From positions 49,950,788-50,014,787 of the forward strand of contig CM120640.1 of NCBI GenBank assembly GCA_051362555.1: a DNA stretch of 64,000 nt, in the 5' to 3' direction. Positions within the stretch are counted from its first letter, which is position 1. Each line of letters opens with the position of its first letter. The notes under the pieces were generated by a model. The model made no database searches, was not told the DNA's origin, and worked only from the letters and a program-made list of their open reading frames with translations. Below are positions 26,701 to 39,714 of this stretch, one piece after another. The translations under genes and the position numbers were made by a program. This DNA is from Lingula anatina (Eukaryota; Animalia; Brachiopoda).

Positions 26701-27852
26701 TCTCTCATATTCATTTATCTAAATATTTATTCATTTATTTATTTTGATGGGTGGGAATCTGGCGAAAATACAAGTAAACTTTTAAGTTTTTTAATTTAAA
26801 AAAAACGGTCATTTGGCTCCATTTTATACAAGTCATTCTGTATTCAACACTAATTTCAATATACAGTACTCAGTATTTATAATTAGTGCACTGAGCACAA
26901 AGGAATATTTGACTTGTGTTGGATTATTTCTGTTGTGCTGAGACATATAGCAGGACTGTAAACTTATTTTATATCAGATGGATATAAATGGATTTGTGAA
27001 TATATAGTTTGAGCGAACATGAACGTTTTTTTTTTATCAAACTTCGGCCCATGAAGAATGTCACAGGCACTCGTAAATTATAGCAGTGCATGGTCCTTAG
27101 AGAAAAGCAGACTCGGTTGAATAACATGTTTATAAATTAAAGTAGAAGAAAAACAAAAGAAGGGCCACAACCGAAGATATATTGTACTGAAAAGGACGCA
27201 CATTATATACGACCAATTATAGGGGACAGGTTAATTATACCTATATCAAGCACCCTGGGCTTGCTTGGGCCCATGACCCTTCACCTGTATCAATTTAACT
27301 CTATTGGTATGTGGTAATCGGCTATGCTTGTGTTATAGATGGTTATATGAGCAGGATAAGCAGGTCTGTGTTGTTTGGGCAAGTGCCATATATTTCTTGT
27401 TTTCACTGTCTAGAATATATTGAATAGAGTCCCATAATATCAAATGTTTATCCTTCATTCTTGTTGCATGGTAGGGGAGTTGCAGAAACGCCATCTAAGT
27501 GTTCATTAACAAAGGCAGCTTTGGCTGTTAATCATATTGACAGGACATGAATTCAGTGGTTGTATTGGTTTGAAAAGATCTACCCTCGAGGGGCTCTCAG
27601 GTACTTTCATTTGAGTAAAGTAATCAAATATAAAACACTTAGTTTTGGTAACCAAACTGACCAAGACTTTCAGCTATATTTTGTTTAATGTAATACAAGT
27701 TCCAAGCCCAGCGTTTGTTAAAAGATAGTGTGATAATCAATTTTAATGCGTAAAAATTCAGTAAAGAGTGTCTACTCACATATCATTGTCCCGTCTGTGA
27801 TTAAAACAAAAATGGAAACTCCAACGAGGAGGATCTGAAAACGTATTTTCTT

Positions 27853-27883
<31 letters not shown>

Positions 27884-28119
27884 GTTGTGAATTATAGATT
27901 TGAAATAAAAACGTATAGAAATATTCAAAATGCAAGGGAAAGCGAATTGTGGACTTAATCTAAAACGTACAAATTTTTTAATGCAATAACCAACCATCCT
28001 TTATTTTATCTCGGGTTCTTCAAAAGGTAAGACAATTTGGATTATAAGGCGTTGATATAATGAGTAGTACAAAACATTAAAAAGAAAGAAAAAGAACTTA
28101 CCAAAGCAATTGCCTTCAT
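11560..28119 (-). CDS. PKD1-like / polycystin-1 family membrane receptor with 6 kringle domains, ~2680 aa, 30 exons: 28119-28102, 27834-27780, 26630-26379, 25830-25555, 25398-25312, 25089-24838, 24517-24242, 24086-23943, 23611-23360, 22947-22672, 22487-21559, 21375-21334, 21002-20865, 20459-20372, 20101-19998, 19642-19418, 19240-18742, 18511-18375, 18048-17815, 17577-17407, 17147-16993, 16793-15989, 15719-15602, 15353-15106, 14900-14726, 14525-14427, 14218-13646, 13391-12720, 12499-12369, 12171-11560
   Basis: Signal peptide MKAIALILLVGVSIFVLITDG; six NYCRNP-type kringles; S/T stalk; GAIN/GPS-like region then FIPPNSLDF and TM1; PLAT domain (YRISVHTGLRRGAGTSANV, IHVWHDGNG..PDWYL); DHTWFSLF..FSRVQRLSVC; LGPVRIRQLRV; YGGGGY, WTDSRTRAVLIEF; LNLFIAVI. 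The exon phases sum to one open 8043-nt frame. Confidence 0.9.
20603..20845. mobile_element. Palindromic (foldback) MITE in a PKD1-like intron
   Basis: GATCCAACTCCGCGGGGACTCTCGCTGAATGC (~20630) pairs with GCATTCAGCGACAGTCCGCGCGGAGTTGGATC (~20805); outer TTCCCAATG/CATTGGGAA. Confidence 0.7.
22025..22250 (-). repeat. Coding 72-bp (24-aa) tandem repeat x3 in the mucin-like stalk exon
   Basis: SSDSQSD(S/T)G(L/V)(Y/F)PSQSSE(D/E)STT(I/T)SA three times; GAAGAGG(C/T)TGAT recurs every 72 nt. Confidence 0.93.
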
Positions 28120-28796
28120 GGTAGGGTTGCAGCTCAGTTCTAGTCAGTAAGGTCCTCTACGTTTTCACCATTTTTAAAAATCTAAATAAAAACAAGCTGC
28201 CTTACTTTTTTATTCTTGACAAAGGTCAATTAAAAAAGCTCAAAAAGTCTTTAATTTAGATCGGCACGTAAACGGTTAATATGTTACTACTACCTTTGTT
28301 AAATAGGGTACGAGTTAAATTTTACGATTAATGGAATTTCTAGCCATTCCCAAGCATTTTTAGTAGTTATCGACTATCACCACATCGAACCTCGGACACA
28401 ATACACATGATCGAACAAACTCAAAATACCCTGTAATAACACGTTTTTAACAGCAAGCTGTTCTGCACCTAGTTTCTACCCAAGTAGCAAGCGCTTAATC
28501 TACGAGTATTTTCACTCGGAAAAAGCAATTTTGAGCAGGGCTCCTTACTCCATTAATCTAAAAGGATATTTTACTGCTACAGTACCTGTATATATGTAAA
28601 GAAATTAGCTGAATGTACACCAAAACATCCCTTGTACTTCCCCATTCGAAGAAATTCTAAACCTAAAAATTACCTATAATGTATTCAATATTGGAAGAAA
28701 GGGTGGCAACATTTGTCCTTAAGTACGCAGCCATGTGCACAAAAGCTACGTGAGACAACAAAAACCACTGAAAATGACATTTTGTGGGTATGGTCT

Positions 28797-29117
28797 CAAA
28801 TCAAAACTAGATTAGAATGAGGGCAAAAACAGTCATTTTATTCCAACTTTGTTTTCTTTGGATTGTCTTTGAATGTTAGGATTAGATTTCATCTATGAGC
28901 AAAACCTTTGTCGTCCTGCCATGTTTATTCACTAATTGTTGGTTTAAGATCATAAGATTCGTTGATCAAATGCATCGTGTCATTTTCTATTTTTGATGAC
29001 GAGAGCGTAAAGAAAGGTTTTCTCCAGATATGAAATCTGATCCTGTTTTTCAAAGACATTCTAAAGTAAACAACCATATAAATTGACTGTTGATGTTCTC
29101 ATTTTAATTTTGATTAT
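28797..29117. mobile_element. Old foldback element with ~110-bp diverged arms, upstream of the PKD1-like gene
   Basis: AACAGTCA..TGTCTTTGAA..AGGATTAGATTTCAT..AAAACCTTT is mirrored by AAAGGTTTT..ATGAAATCTGATCCT..TTCAAAGACA..TGACTGTT. Confidence 0.65.
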
Positions 29118-30844
29118 TTTTATACATGTAAGCTGACGTATCCAATATGTCGGGTAGAAGGAGCAGGTGAACTCTATATAAAGTGAGGGTTTAGGATAAG
29201 GAAAATGAAAAATATTGCATCTTTTTGCTCGCAGACCCATTTGTTTTCAAGAAGGCTAATGTTGAAAAATACATAATATCCTTTCAGGACATATCATATT
29301 TTAAAAGCATTTTACACGCATTAACTACATAAAACATATCCAAGCACCAGCTGCCAACACATCTTACATGGATCTTTTCCAGACGAGAACTTTTTGATTG
29401 ATTTTGCCTGCAAAACATCTTCAGAGATTTATCATGACAATTATCATATTTCAGGGACGGACTAAGGCCATCTTCTGGCACGGGTCTTCCGGAAGACGCT
29501 CAGAATTTTTAAGTTTACATTGATGGGTATCTAATTTTTTTCTGTCAGAAGACTGTCGGAACGGAGGATAGATCAACAAAGCTAATTTGGAAGACTGTCA
29601 GAAAATATCTCTGGATCCGCCCCTGTAATTTATGAAGTTTGTGCTACGTTTCGCGTTTATATTTATCGTCATGTCGCATTTTCCTTTGACAAACTGAATA
29701 GCTATTAATTAATGTAAAGAGATGTTTGTGAGAAATCTCACCAGATTCTGTATCCATGTGAAGCGCAAAAGCATCAAAATACGCGTCTCAATATCCACTA
29801 TATATAGAAATAAGTCAGTCAACATTTTGGTAATTAGTTTGAAGAGGGAAGAAAAAACTTATGTACATGTTCATGGATATTTGACACCTAAAGTATTAAA
29901 TATAAACACGCTGAAATTCAGCGTCACGCTCAAAAGTAAATGTCAAAATCAACATGCATGTCAGTGAAAATTATTGTGTCACAGATAAATCACGACCATT
30001 GTGTCAATAAAATGACAAGGTAATATCAAACAGACAAAAACCTTACTTGCCTTTTTTGATAATTATTCAACATGATATTCCCCCCTTTTTCTCACAACGT
30101 CGAAAGTTCATGTTTCCAGTGACAGGTCTAGTCAGACGACAGACCGTAGTTCACTGGGTCACCTGCCCGTGCAATATTGTGGATTGTGGTTACGTTTACA
30201 TGGTCACAGCGCAACATTTCCCTTTTGTGTGTCTAACGCTAAGTAAACTGACCAACTTCTTCGAAAAGTTAATTACATAACATTTAGTATGTTCCTAGCC
30301 ACGTTTTCTGAAGGAACGAAGAGTATGTGCATTATTATTATTTGCCGTCACAACTCCATTCATTGTAAAAGAATTCACTTGCTTACACTACATTTGCGGA
30401 CCATACCGCTAAACTTGTCACGGTTGTTGACTGTGGACGCTAAACAAGCTAACAAAATTGAAATGGCGTGTTAACAATTAAGTGAATACGAATAGGCACT
30501 TTTACAGGATAATATGTCAAAAAGAAGCAGGCCAAGGGCGAATTTTTATGGGACAATTTTGGTCAATAACTTAAAAAAAAGGATTCCAAATAAATCACTC
30601 CCACCCAAAGCGTTTATTGTAGGGTTCTCGTGGGTTAAGTGGTCTTGGCAAATGTTTAAAATCAGTGGCATTTTGATAAAAAAAATTTGTGAAGCGTAAA
30701 TTTATTCCATTGTCACTCCTTCTATGCGTATCTTTAGTGCATGTGACAGAAGTGCTGAAAACAAACGAGTGATTTAAATTTTCTTATTTTTTCCTGTATT
30801 TGAAACCCTAATTTGTCGACATGTGCCCTACAAAACTTTTTCTG

Positions 30845-30845
<1 letters not shown>

Positions 30846-30881
<36 letters not shown>
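30846..30881. repeat. (CA)n microsatellite
   Basis: Direct reading. Confidence 0.97.
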
Positions 30882-30883
<2 letters not shown>

Positions 30884-31136
30884 AAATTGATATAAGTAGA
30901 ATAACCAATAAATAAATTTAAAAAAAAACGACATTTATACTGAAAAAATTGGTGCTACTTGTAAATGGGCCTGCAGTATGTCAACAAAATCACGTTATAT
31001 CTCATATAAATATCCTTATCCTGGTATATAGGTCGAACCCTCTACTAGTAAAACCGTAAGTCAAATAATTAGGTAGTTTTAATTTATTGTTTGAGTAAAA
31101 ATCATAGGCCTATCATGTCAATATTGTAAAAGATAT

Positions 31137-31402
31137 TGTAAGGTTTGATTTTAGGTTCACAGATCGAGAAGAAGTGAGCAACAAGAGTCGTGGATTTCCA
31201 AACAGCTTTATTCCCACTCCCTAAGTTCTCTTCTCTACCCACCACCTGTTCTATTTATATCTACCTTAATGTCTCAATATAATAATACCATATCATAAAT
31301 CTTTCTAGGCGCGGGCGCCGCGACATCCTATAGTCTAGGCGCGGGCGCCGCGACATCCTAGGGGCGTGGGACATGCTAAGGGGCGCCACCGCGTCCCTTA
31401 CA
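31137..31402 (-). mobile_element. Probable solo LTR (266 bp)
   Basis: TGTAAGG...CCTTACA termini; on the minus strand TATAAATAG is followed by AATAAA; internal 30-bp GC-rich duplication TCTAGGCGCGGGCGCCGCGACATCCTA; no TSD found. Confidence 0.55.
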
Positions 31403-32158
31403 GTCCTGTACTGAACAAGCTTTCAAACGTCATCACCTTTGACATTACCCCTTCTATATTCTAATATAACTGCTAAAGTGGGAACTGGGTCAAGTATTTA
31501 AATGGATTTTACATAAGATTTCCAACCAAGTCTGTGTGAAAGTTCTGTTTACTTCAAATGTAACCGAGGATTTGACGAATCTCCTCTTGAATTACTCCCA
31601 CTACACCCCCCTTCCCCCAGTTGTTATTGGGCTAACATCGCTGGCAAGTTACTTCCCATTTTACCCTGTTAGTCATTGGGTTATTTTTGTCGTTATCCAG
31701 CATTGCTATAAATATTGATCTGGCAACTGAGGAGCAGAGCTTTTCGTATTGATGAAGATAAACAATATGTACGATAGACTATCGGTGACTAATGTTGAAA
31801 TGGTCTTTTACTGCTTGCAATCGTGACAGATTTATATTGACAGTGCTACGGAGTCCACACAGCACCGTACATCAGCTTGTAGATTTACAGTGTAGTATAA
31901 GCAAGGAGTTATAACAGATAACTCCTTGGTATAAGATACATGTACACTGTACATACATGTACTGGTATACATGTAATACTTCACGTGCATGTGCTATTTG
32001 CAGTTGATACAAAATGATTGTCTTTCAAATAAGTTAACCGTAAACCACTGTTAAACGCTATGCTGACAATACTGACATCAATTATCCAGAATTGTTGGAC
32101 GCAGTTGATTTAAGTGCGCGATATCATCATAAAGTCGATTCCTTTATAGCCGCACAGT

Positions 32159-35100
32159 ATGGTGAGAAGTCTGAAAGACTGCTGTTTACAAGCAATTGCT
32201 CGGAATCTTAACAGGTAAGCCTGCAACAACACAATGTTTTGTTAAGTTGAGGTTGTAGTAAATACAGTTCAGTGTGACGTACAGTACTACTAGTAGTACA
32301 TGTAGTTGGTTTATCTACAGTACATGTATATGTACATGTACATGTGGCACTTGAGTGTCAGTTCATGTAGTAATTTAATGTGCATAAGGGTGTGTATAGT
32401 AGCAATGTTATGTATGAAATACAGTAAACTGTTTACTGCATATGTTCCTACCGGTATGTGTATTTTGCATTTACTTAGCAATAAGTGAACACGTTTGCAC
32501 TGATACTAGTGTAAATGTACCAGTACTACTAGTAGTATGTGTATACATATATAATTACTGGTAATTATTGGGGAAATTTTACAGTCCATTTTCCTATTGA
32601 TTTATGTGGCTAAATCTTCCCCATTTGAACCATAGGTACACACAGCTGTAGCTGCCCATTTACATTTGCTTTGAACCAACTGGAAAGCAAATGATATCTT
32701 GAAATACTGGTAGTACATGTATAATGGTATTTATAAAGAAAAATAATAGATATATTGGTTATAACATTATTTGAATATATCCAGGATCGCATTGAAAGTA
32801 CTGCTGTTTGAAGTAAACATTGTATTTCAAGTAAATGCATACATGTTTTTACTATGTCACTCATTTTAGTTCCTAGGGGGTATAGTGGACATCTTGGTTA
32901 TGTTCTTTTTATCATTCTCAAAAATGTATTTTTATTTTCTATTACCTATCCAGAAATATGTAAAATCATGACACTGTTACTCCCTTTTCCATAGGATCAG
33001 TCGCGTGGGGCGTCATCTTCCTCATGTTCACAAAGAGCTTATTCTGAAGTGGCTTTCTGACCATGACATGCTGACAGATGATTACCTGCCACATATTACA
33101 TATCACCTGTTCTCAGCCAACCTTAAAGTGGTCAACTTCTACAAGTGTAACCAGGTCACAGACCATCTTCTGTATCAGCTGTCACAGAGTGGGTGTATGC
33201 TGAAGCACCTGACAGTACATGAGTGCAACAATGTCTCTGGTGGGTGGATACTGTATGTGGCATATCTATACTTCAGTGTTCACAGGCTGATTGACTGGTA
33301 CCGTTTTGACCTTTATATGTGGAATTCTTCTCTTCATTTGGGAGAAAAAATATATATCTGTAAAAAGATAATCAGCATATTAACTGCCTGCTCACCTGAA
33401 TTATTGAATTATTTTACTTCTTTTTGCATGATGCCAAACATACAAATATGGGGTGTGCATATTAAAATTTGCAATTAACATTATAATGTGCAGTTTATAA
33501 ATCATACTGTGCATATGTTACCCATACAATTTACTTAACTGTAAATTAATGAAACAGATGCATTGTATTTCTAAATTAAGAAATGTAATATTTACCAGTA
33601 TAATATGATTTGTTCACGATATAATTGCCAATTCCATATGAACATTTTTATTTGTTTCAGATGAAGGAATAAAATATATAACTATTGATCAGGAAGAACT
33701 GGAAGTTTTAGAATTGAGAAAATTGCGATTTCTGACCAGTTATGGTTTAGAGGTAGTGAGATCAAACAAGTTGCAGAATCTAGACTTAAAGGGATGCTCA
33801 TATATTGACAGTAAAGGTAAATGCAGGTTATTCAAAAAGTTCATGTGTATTCAATATTTTTCATAGTCATATTTTACATTGATCTTCTTCTTGTAGAGAT
33901 ATACCTTAATAGTTACTTTTTAAAAATTATTTTTTGTGTCCATTTGATTTCATTTCAAGAAATATGAAGTCAAGACTTACTTGTAAACAGTGTAGCTTTA
34001 TTTTCCAAATATTAAGCAAACAGTAGAAAAAAAACAGCAGTTACAACATTATTTTAATCAAATGTTTATATCTGTGCCTGTATTCTAGGCCTTGATTCCC
34101 TGGTGCATAAATGTCCAAATATTAAATACTTAACCTTGTCCCAATGCACAAGGCTAGATGAAGGGATTTCTAATATTGCAAGATGTTTAAATATCACTCT
34201 GGTAAGTTGCATTCATTTATTATTTAAGGTTGCAAGTGCACATGGTTATTTATCTGTTTTTTTAAAGCATTTATTCTGAGTGACATTTTGAGACACATTT
34301 TATCAGTTGGCACAAATGAAAAGAAAAACATTTATTCCGAATGACATTTTAAGACAGATTTTATCAGTTGGCACAAATGAAAAGAAAAAACATTTTAAAA
34401 TTAAGTGATCGGAAACAGAAAATGTTAAGCAATGTCAGTACTGGTAAATAGCTAAACATTTATTGTTTTTTAACATTTCTTAACTCCAGGAAGAATTGGA
34501 CGTTGGAGGTGTGCATAAAATCAGTGACCACGATTTAGAGAACATTGCACAATACTGCAGTAATCTAACTCTGTAAGTGATTTTTTAAAATATATTTAGC
34601 CAACACTTGGCATTTTGCTTTTCTAAGAAGTGTATAATGGCTAGAAAAAGTCACTTTGAATTGTTATCACAATATATTTTACATAAAAAATCATATATAA
34701 CAGATATACCTGTCAAAATATCACACCAAAAAATAGTTAACTTATTTAAATATCATAAGACCTTGTATACTCAATAATACATTATGTATTTTTCAGGTTA
34801 CATTTGATAGGCTGCTATAAGATAACAGTTGATGGTATTCAAAAGGTTAGTACAGAATCTGTTACCTAAGTAGTTAAACTTATAAGTAAGTTGACATTCA
34901 CGACAAGATTGATAGATAAATGGACAAAGATGTGACAGCAAACTTACATAGGGAGCACACATTTAGTTACATGTATGTTATTAGGTATCTTTTATTAGAA
35001 TCTTATTTTTCATAATCAACCTTTGCATGTAGATGGATGGTATAATCCACAACATTTTATTACATAACATTTTAGGTATTTTTTCATCTTTTGATAAAAA

Positions 35101-37489
35101 ATAACATAAAAAAAACCACAGAAGTCTACTTTTTTCCACAGGTTGTTGAAGGATGCAGAAAATTGAAAGATGTAGATTTTTCTTACTGTTTTACCTTGGA
35201 GTCTGTGGAAGCATTCAAAGCATTACAGCATCTCCCAGATTCTGTGACTGAGCTCTCCCTGCTAGGGATACAATTACAGGACTCTGAATTGCTGGTTAAT
35301 GTTGTGAAAAGGTTGACAAAACTTGAGACGGTTCGCCTTTGTGGAGTAAAAGCACTGGACGATGACAGTTTGGAGCAGGTAACTGTTAAGTACAAGGGCT
35401 TTCTTTCCTTTTTTTTTTGCCATATTATGAAAACTTTTACAGATGGCCATGGTAACAGGTTACAATAGAAATTCTAGAAAAAATTGACATGAAGAAATTT
35501 TGTTGCAGTGCTACAGTATTTCCAATTTTTTTGAATCATTGCATTACACTTAGTAAGTCTTTTCATTAACAGATATTGCAAGCCGCAGGCTCTCACTTAC
35601 TAAGTTTGGACATTGGTGGAAGCATAACTCAGGCAATAACAGATGATGGACTTCGGGCAGTCACCAAGTATTGCACAGCCCTAGAGGAGTTGATATTAAC
35701 ACTTCTTCCAGAAACAACAGGCATTACGCTGCTCCCTCTGTTTGAAGATGAGCAACGGGCAGCACAATTGACTTCCTTGTACTTAGGGTGTAAAAAGGTA
35801 AAAAAAAAAAAAGACAAATTTAAATAGTATGTTGCATTGTAATGTAGAAGATATGGACAGCCAACCATATTAATGTATTTTATTTTATCAAATGGGTGTG
35901 AAAAAATTTTTCTGTGATAAACAAAAGATAAAGTAATACAATACAATACAATTTTGCTAATTTTTTGCATTTTTTAATATTGAAAATAATATCAATTTTA
36001 TGTAATGCAGATGAATGGTGATGTTCTTCATGCAGCTGCTGTTTCCAGCACCAACCTTGAAAAGTTTTCAGTCTCTGGACTAATGTGTGTAGATGACAAC
36101 CTGCTGCACACTCTGGCTGATAACTGCCCCAAACTGCACTACATTGGACTGAAAAGTTGCAGACAGGTATAAGCAGTCACAGCAAAGAAGAAAAAATATT
36201 TAAATGACCACAACTTTTATTGTTGCGTAGATACTTGTTCAGTGCTAAGTGTGCAGAACCATTAATCACTCCATTGGGTTAATATGCCTGAGCTGATAGG
36301 TGGAGAAGTGCTGAATTTGTAGCAATATCCTACCCCCATGAACCTAGTTTCTATTACTGATATGCTATTTGGCACCTGCCTTGTAACCTAGTTATGTCAG
36401 TCTTGGTGATGTTTCATTTGATATAAGGTCAAATATTGTCAGTAATTGAAACAAAGCTCACAGGAGGTATCACATATATAATTCAGGTGTGGTGAATTAT
36501 TAATATTTTTATGGAGTTTAAAATTGACATGACAATTTGGCCTTGCCCAGTGCACATTTTTGTCTGTGAACACCATACCATTTTGTATCCCTCAAGTTAC
36601 TTGCATATGGTGTATGTACAGTCTATAATTTGAAAATGTGCAGATATAAATGAAATTGATGTATGGTATTAACTTTTTCAATGTCAGGATTTGTGTCTTC
36701 ACAGGTAACAGATTCAGGTGTCTGTGAACTTGCCCGCAAGTGTCCATTACGAAGGGTGGTCCTGGCAGGCTGTCATCACCTTACAGACAAGAGCATCTTC
36801 ACCCTGGCCAATATGTGCCTGGATATACAGGAGCTACACCTCAATGGATGTGCACACGTGTCTCCTGTGGCTGTCAGATATTTACAGGTATGGTACAGGT
36901 ACTACGACTGGGTTCTCATCCCTAAAATCGATCTAACAGGATCATTCCATCTCCATGGGCTTTCTCGCTAAATTGCTTTCAGCTTAAGTGGCTTAAATGT
37001 CTGGGACAATTACTAAAGCTGCTGAATGATAGTTAATTACCCCCTATCAGCTTCAGTAGGCATGACAGACATCTAAGCTGTTTAAGTTAATTGCAATTAA
37101 GTGAGAATTGCCTTAGAGATAGGTCGCTCCATGGTTAGTACGATAGTCTCTGGGAATGGACTCTAAGAGATCTTCAGAGATAATGTGCTTGTATGTTATA
37201 ATTCAAAATGACAATGTACATAAATAGGACTGTAGCTTACAAGGCTAATATTCATTTATTCTTCAATCAGTACTTAATTGTGCATTTATTAATTCATTCA
37301 TTCATAAATTATCTTTACATATTAAATGAAAAACATGCGTAAGTTTGTGTCCTGCTATTGTTTTTGTAGGATCAGTGCACATCCAGAGTGTACATACAAC
37401 ACAAAATTCCAAATGCTGCTCCAAACCAGCTTATGGCAAAGAACTTGGACACGGGAGAGTTTTGTAGAGCAGATCTTATATATACATAA
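32159..37489 (+). CDS. Cysteine-containing-type leucine-rich-repeat protein (AMN1/FBXL-like), ~540 aa; exons 32159-32214, 32995-33239, 33661-33816, 34089-34201, 34490-34572, 34797-34845, 35142-35378, 35573-35797, 36011-36166, 36705-36887, 37370-37489
   Basis: Repeated LxxLxLxxCxxITDxGL units (LRRVVLAGCHHLTDKSI, LKVVNFYKCNQVTDHLL); all GT-AG, phases give an open 1623-nt frame. Confidence 0.9.
34281..34395. repeat. ~61-bp direct duplication in an intron
   Basis: TGACATTTT.AGACA.ATTTTATCAGTTGGCACAAATGAAAAGAAAAA occurs twice. Confidence 0.9.
36906..37163. mobile_element. PIF/Harbinger-like MITE, copy 2 (opposite orientation to 8872-9087), in the last LRR intron
   Basis: Shares TCAGCTTA..GGCTTAAATGTCTG; AGTTAATTACCCCCT is the reverse complement of AGGGGGTAATTAACT in copy 1; flanks TAC/TAA. 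Confidence 0.7.
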
Positions 37490-37997
37490 TACTCACAGTG
37501 GCCATGGCAAAAAGACTGGAAGCTTATGGGAAAGGAATGCAGAGGACTTTCACTGTCAAATGTCTAAATGTATACCCGTTTGAGCAAATGATTGGAAAAC
37601 CAAAGATTGCAGACTCACTATGTATTTCATAGTTTTGGAAACACAACACTTACTTTAAGTCTGTAGTACAGGTTTTTGTAAAATCTTTTTTGGTGCCTTA
37701 CTTTGAGGGAATGTGTGCACATAAGCATGTATACTACAAGATATATATATTCTGTGACTTAAAGAACCTCCATTACATGCTCGATTGCAAGGAGAAATCA
37801 TTTATATTCCAAGTGTTGTGTCTAAATAGCAATAGAAAAATTTTGTGCAATAAGTTAACATAACGTGATAAGCCTGGTTTATGCTTTTGTAATGTGGTAT
37901 GGGAGCCTGTTACATACATCTACAAAACCAAAATGTAATATAAACTGTCATTGTTTATGAACTGTATGTTATTATTAAAGGGATAATAGGACTATTA

Positions 37998-38323
37998 TTA
38001 AAGGGATAATAACTCTTCGTTTGGCCAAAAAATGAATTTTCCTGGAGTAAACGACAATTTTCCCATACTTACCAATATTAATGAATCCATTTTTACACTC
38101 AAAGTTAGTCCTTGGTTTTTTTCTAAAAAATGTTTTTTTGTTAAGTATTATGTATTGAGTATAGCCATAAATGGAGGTCACGTGGTCTTAAGACAAGCTC
38201 AGATATCAGAAAAAAAGCTATAACTGCCGTTTTTGTGTTAAAAGAGAATATATTTCTTCGAGTTATTCACAATGTTTTTATTGTGAAATATAGATTTCAT
38301 ACGAAGAGTTACTATCCCTTTAA
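37998..38323 (-). mobile_element. TTAA MITE (Kolobok-like), copy 2, with an extra duplicated terminus at 37975-37988
   Basis: Reverse-complement match to 1853-2197; TTAAAGGGATAATA appears twice at the left end. Confidence 0.85.
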
Positions 38324-39714
38324 TGAATAAGAAAAGCAACTTACATTTTTTGTCACAGCTTAACCTAATACTGACAAGAAAAAAAAAAAGAAAGTGAAAA
38401 TATTTTTGAGGATATCACAAAGACACTCCTTGTTGTTTTATTTATGTATAAAATCGATGGAATATTTTGTAACTTTTAAAAATTTAACTTGAAATTCTTA
38501 ATTAAAACATAAAATACAATATGTCTGAAATGGTTTTTTTAAAATGTTTTATTTTATTATATTTTAAACTTTATGTTGACTGCAATTTCAGTATTGCTGA
38601 CATCCAGAAGCATTGCACTGCGCTATCAGTAAAAATATACTTTTCATTTACCAAGTATTTAAAAATGTTATTATAACAATTAATTATAAAGTAGAACATT
38701 TCAGAGTAATCACTATGTATGTAATCTGAACAAAAAACAAAATTATTGAAAAATCTCTACAAAAGCTAACCAATATTATTGCACACCATACCAAGTACAT
38801 AACATTAACAATGTAAATTTATTTTTAAAAAAAGCAAGCACACACTTTATGCCACCAACTGCATAAAACAAAATCTTTTCATGTCTACAACTAAACCTTA
38901 AGCTGCCTTAATCATAGTAAACTGACCATCCATCTACCATTCCTAACATTCCACCACCCCCTTTTGATGTAAAAATTCACTAACCTACGCCATTTAGATT
39001 ATAATACATTTTAAATTGTTTTCCCTCCCAGATGAGATGCACACTCAATCCTTTTTTGTAACAATAATTATAAAGAATGATGTACAAAAGGTAAAACCAT
39101 TCAATACATTGCTGAGAGTTTTAAACATTGAACCACTAATGAATAAAAGAAATATTAAAACATCTTTTATAATGGCAAGCAATTAAGAATTGATAACAGA
39201 TACAATTTCAACAATTATCCTTATAAGTCACCTCGTCATAGAAATGTATCAGTAAAATATTCATATAAAAATACTTTTTGTTAAAATCCCATGTCTACCA
39301 AAAGAATGTGACAAAGCTCATGTTAAAAATTATATATAATGACAGAAACATATTTGTATTGTTGCATGCAAGAGTTTTTTTAAAGTAAAACAGCACCCTG
39401 TTCAACATTCAGCTGGTAAAATTTCCATCCCCACATGTTTAAACAAAATTGTTTTCATAACTGCTAATTCAAATTCATTTTGAAACATTTCACTTAAGAT
39501 AATAGTTAAAAGATGAAATGTTTGCATGCATGCTCTTACACCTAAAATAAGTGGTGTTAAAATTTGCTCTCAAATAGCTAGGGTTGCTATAAAAGAAATA
39601 TGAAGAACAAATAACTTTTCATTATGGTTAAGCCACATAATGATGTGCGATCTACATAACTACAACAAAATGCCTACAAGAAGTTTCACATACCAACATT
39701 AATTTCCCTGAAAA

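Noticed and set aside
27241-27410. Minus-strand KYMALAQTTQTCLSC resembling a seventh, decayed kringle exon
   Set aside because: Only QTCLS matches; no NYCRNP, stops in all frames, and exon 2 splices in phase directly to 26630
31930-32560. Dense TACATGTA/TAGTAC motifs around the first exon of the LRR gene
   Set aside because: Low-complexity compositional bias also seen near 50350 and 51150; no defined unit or structure
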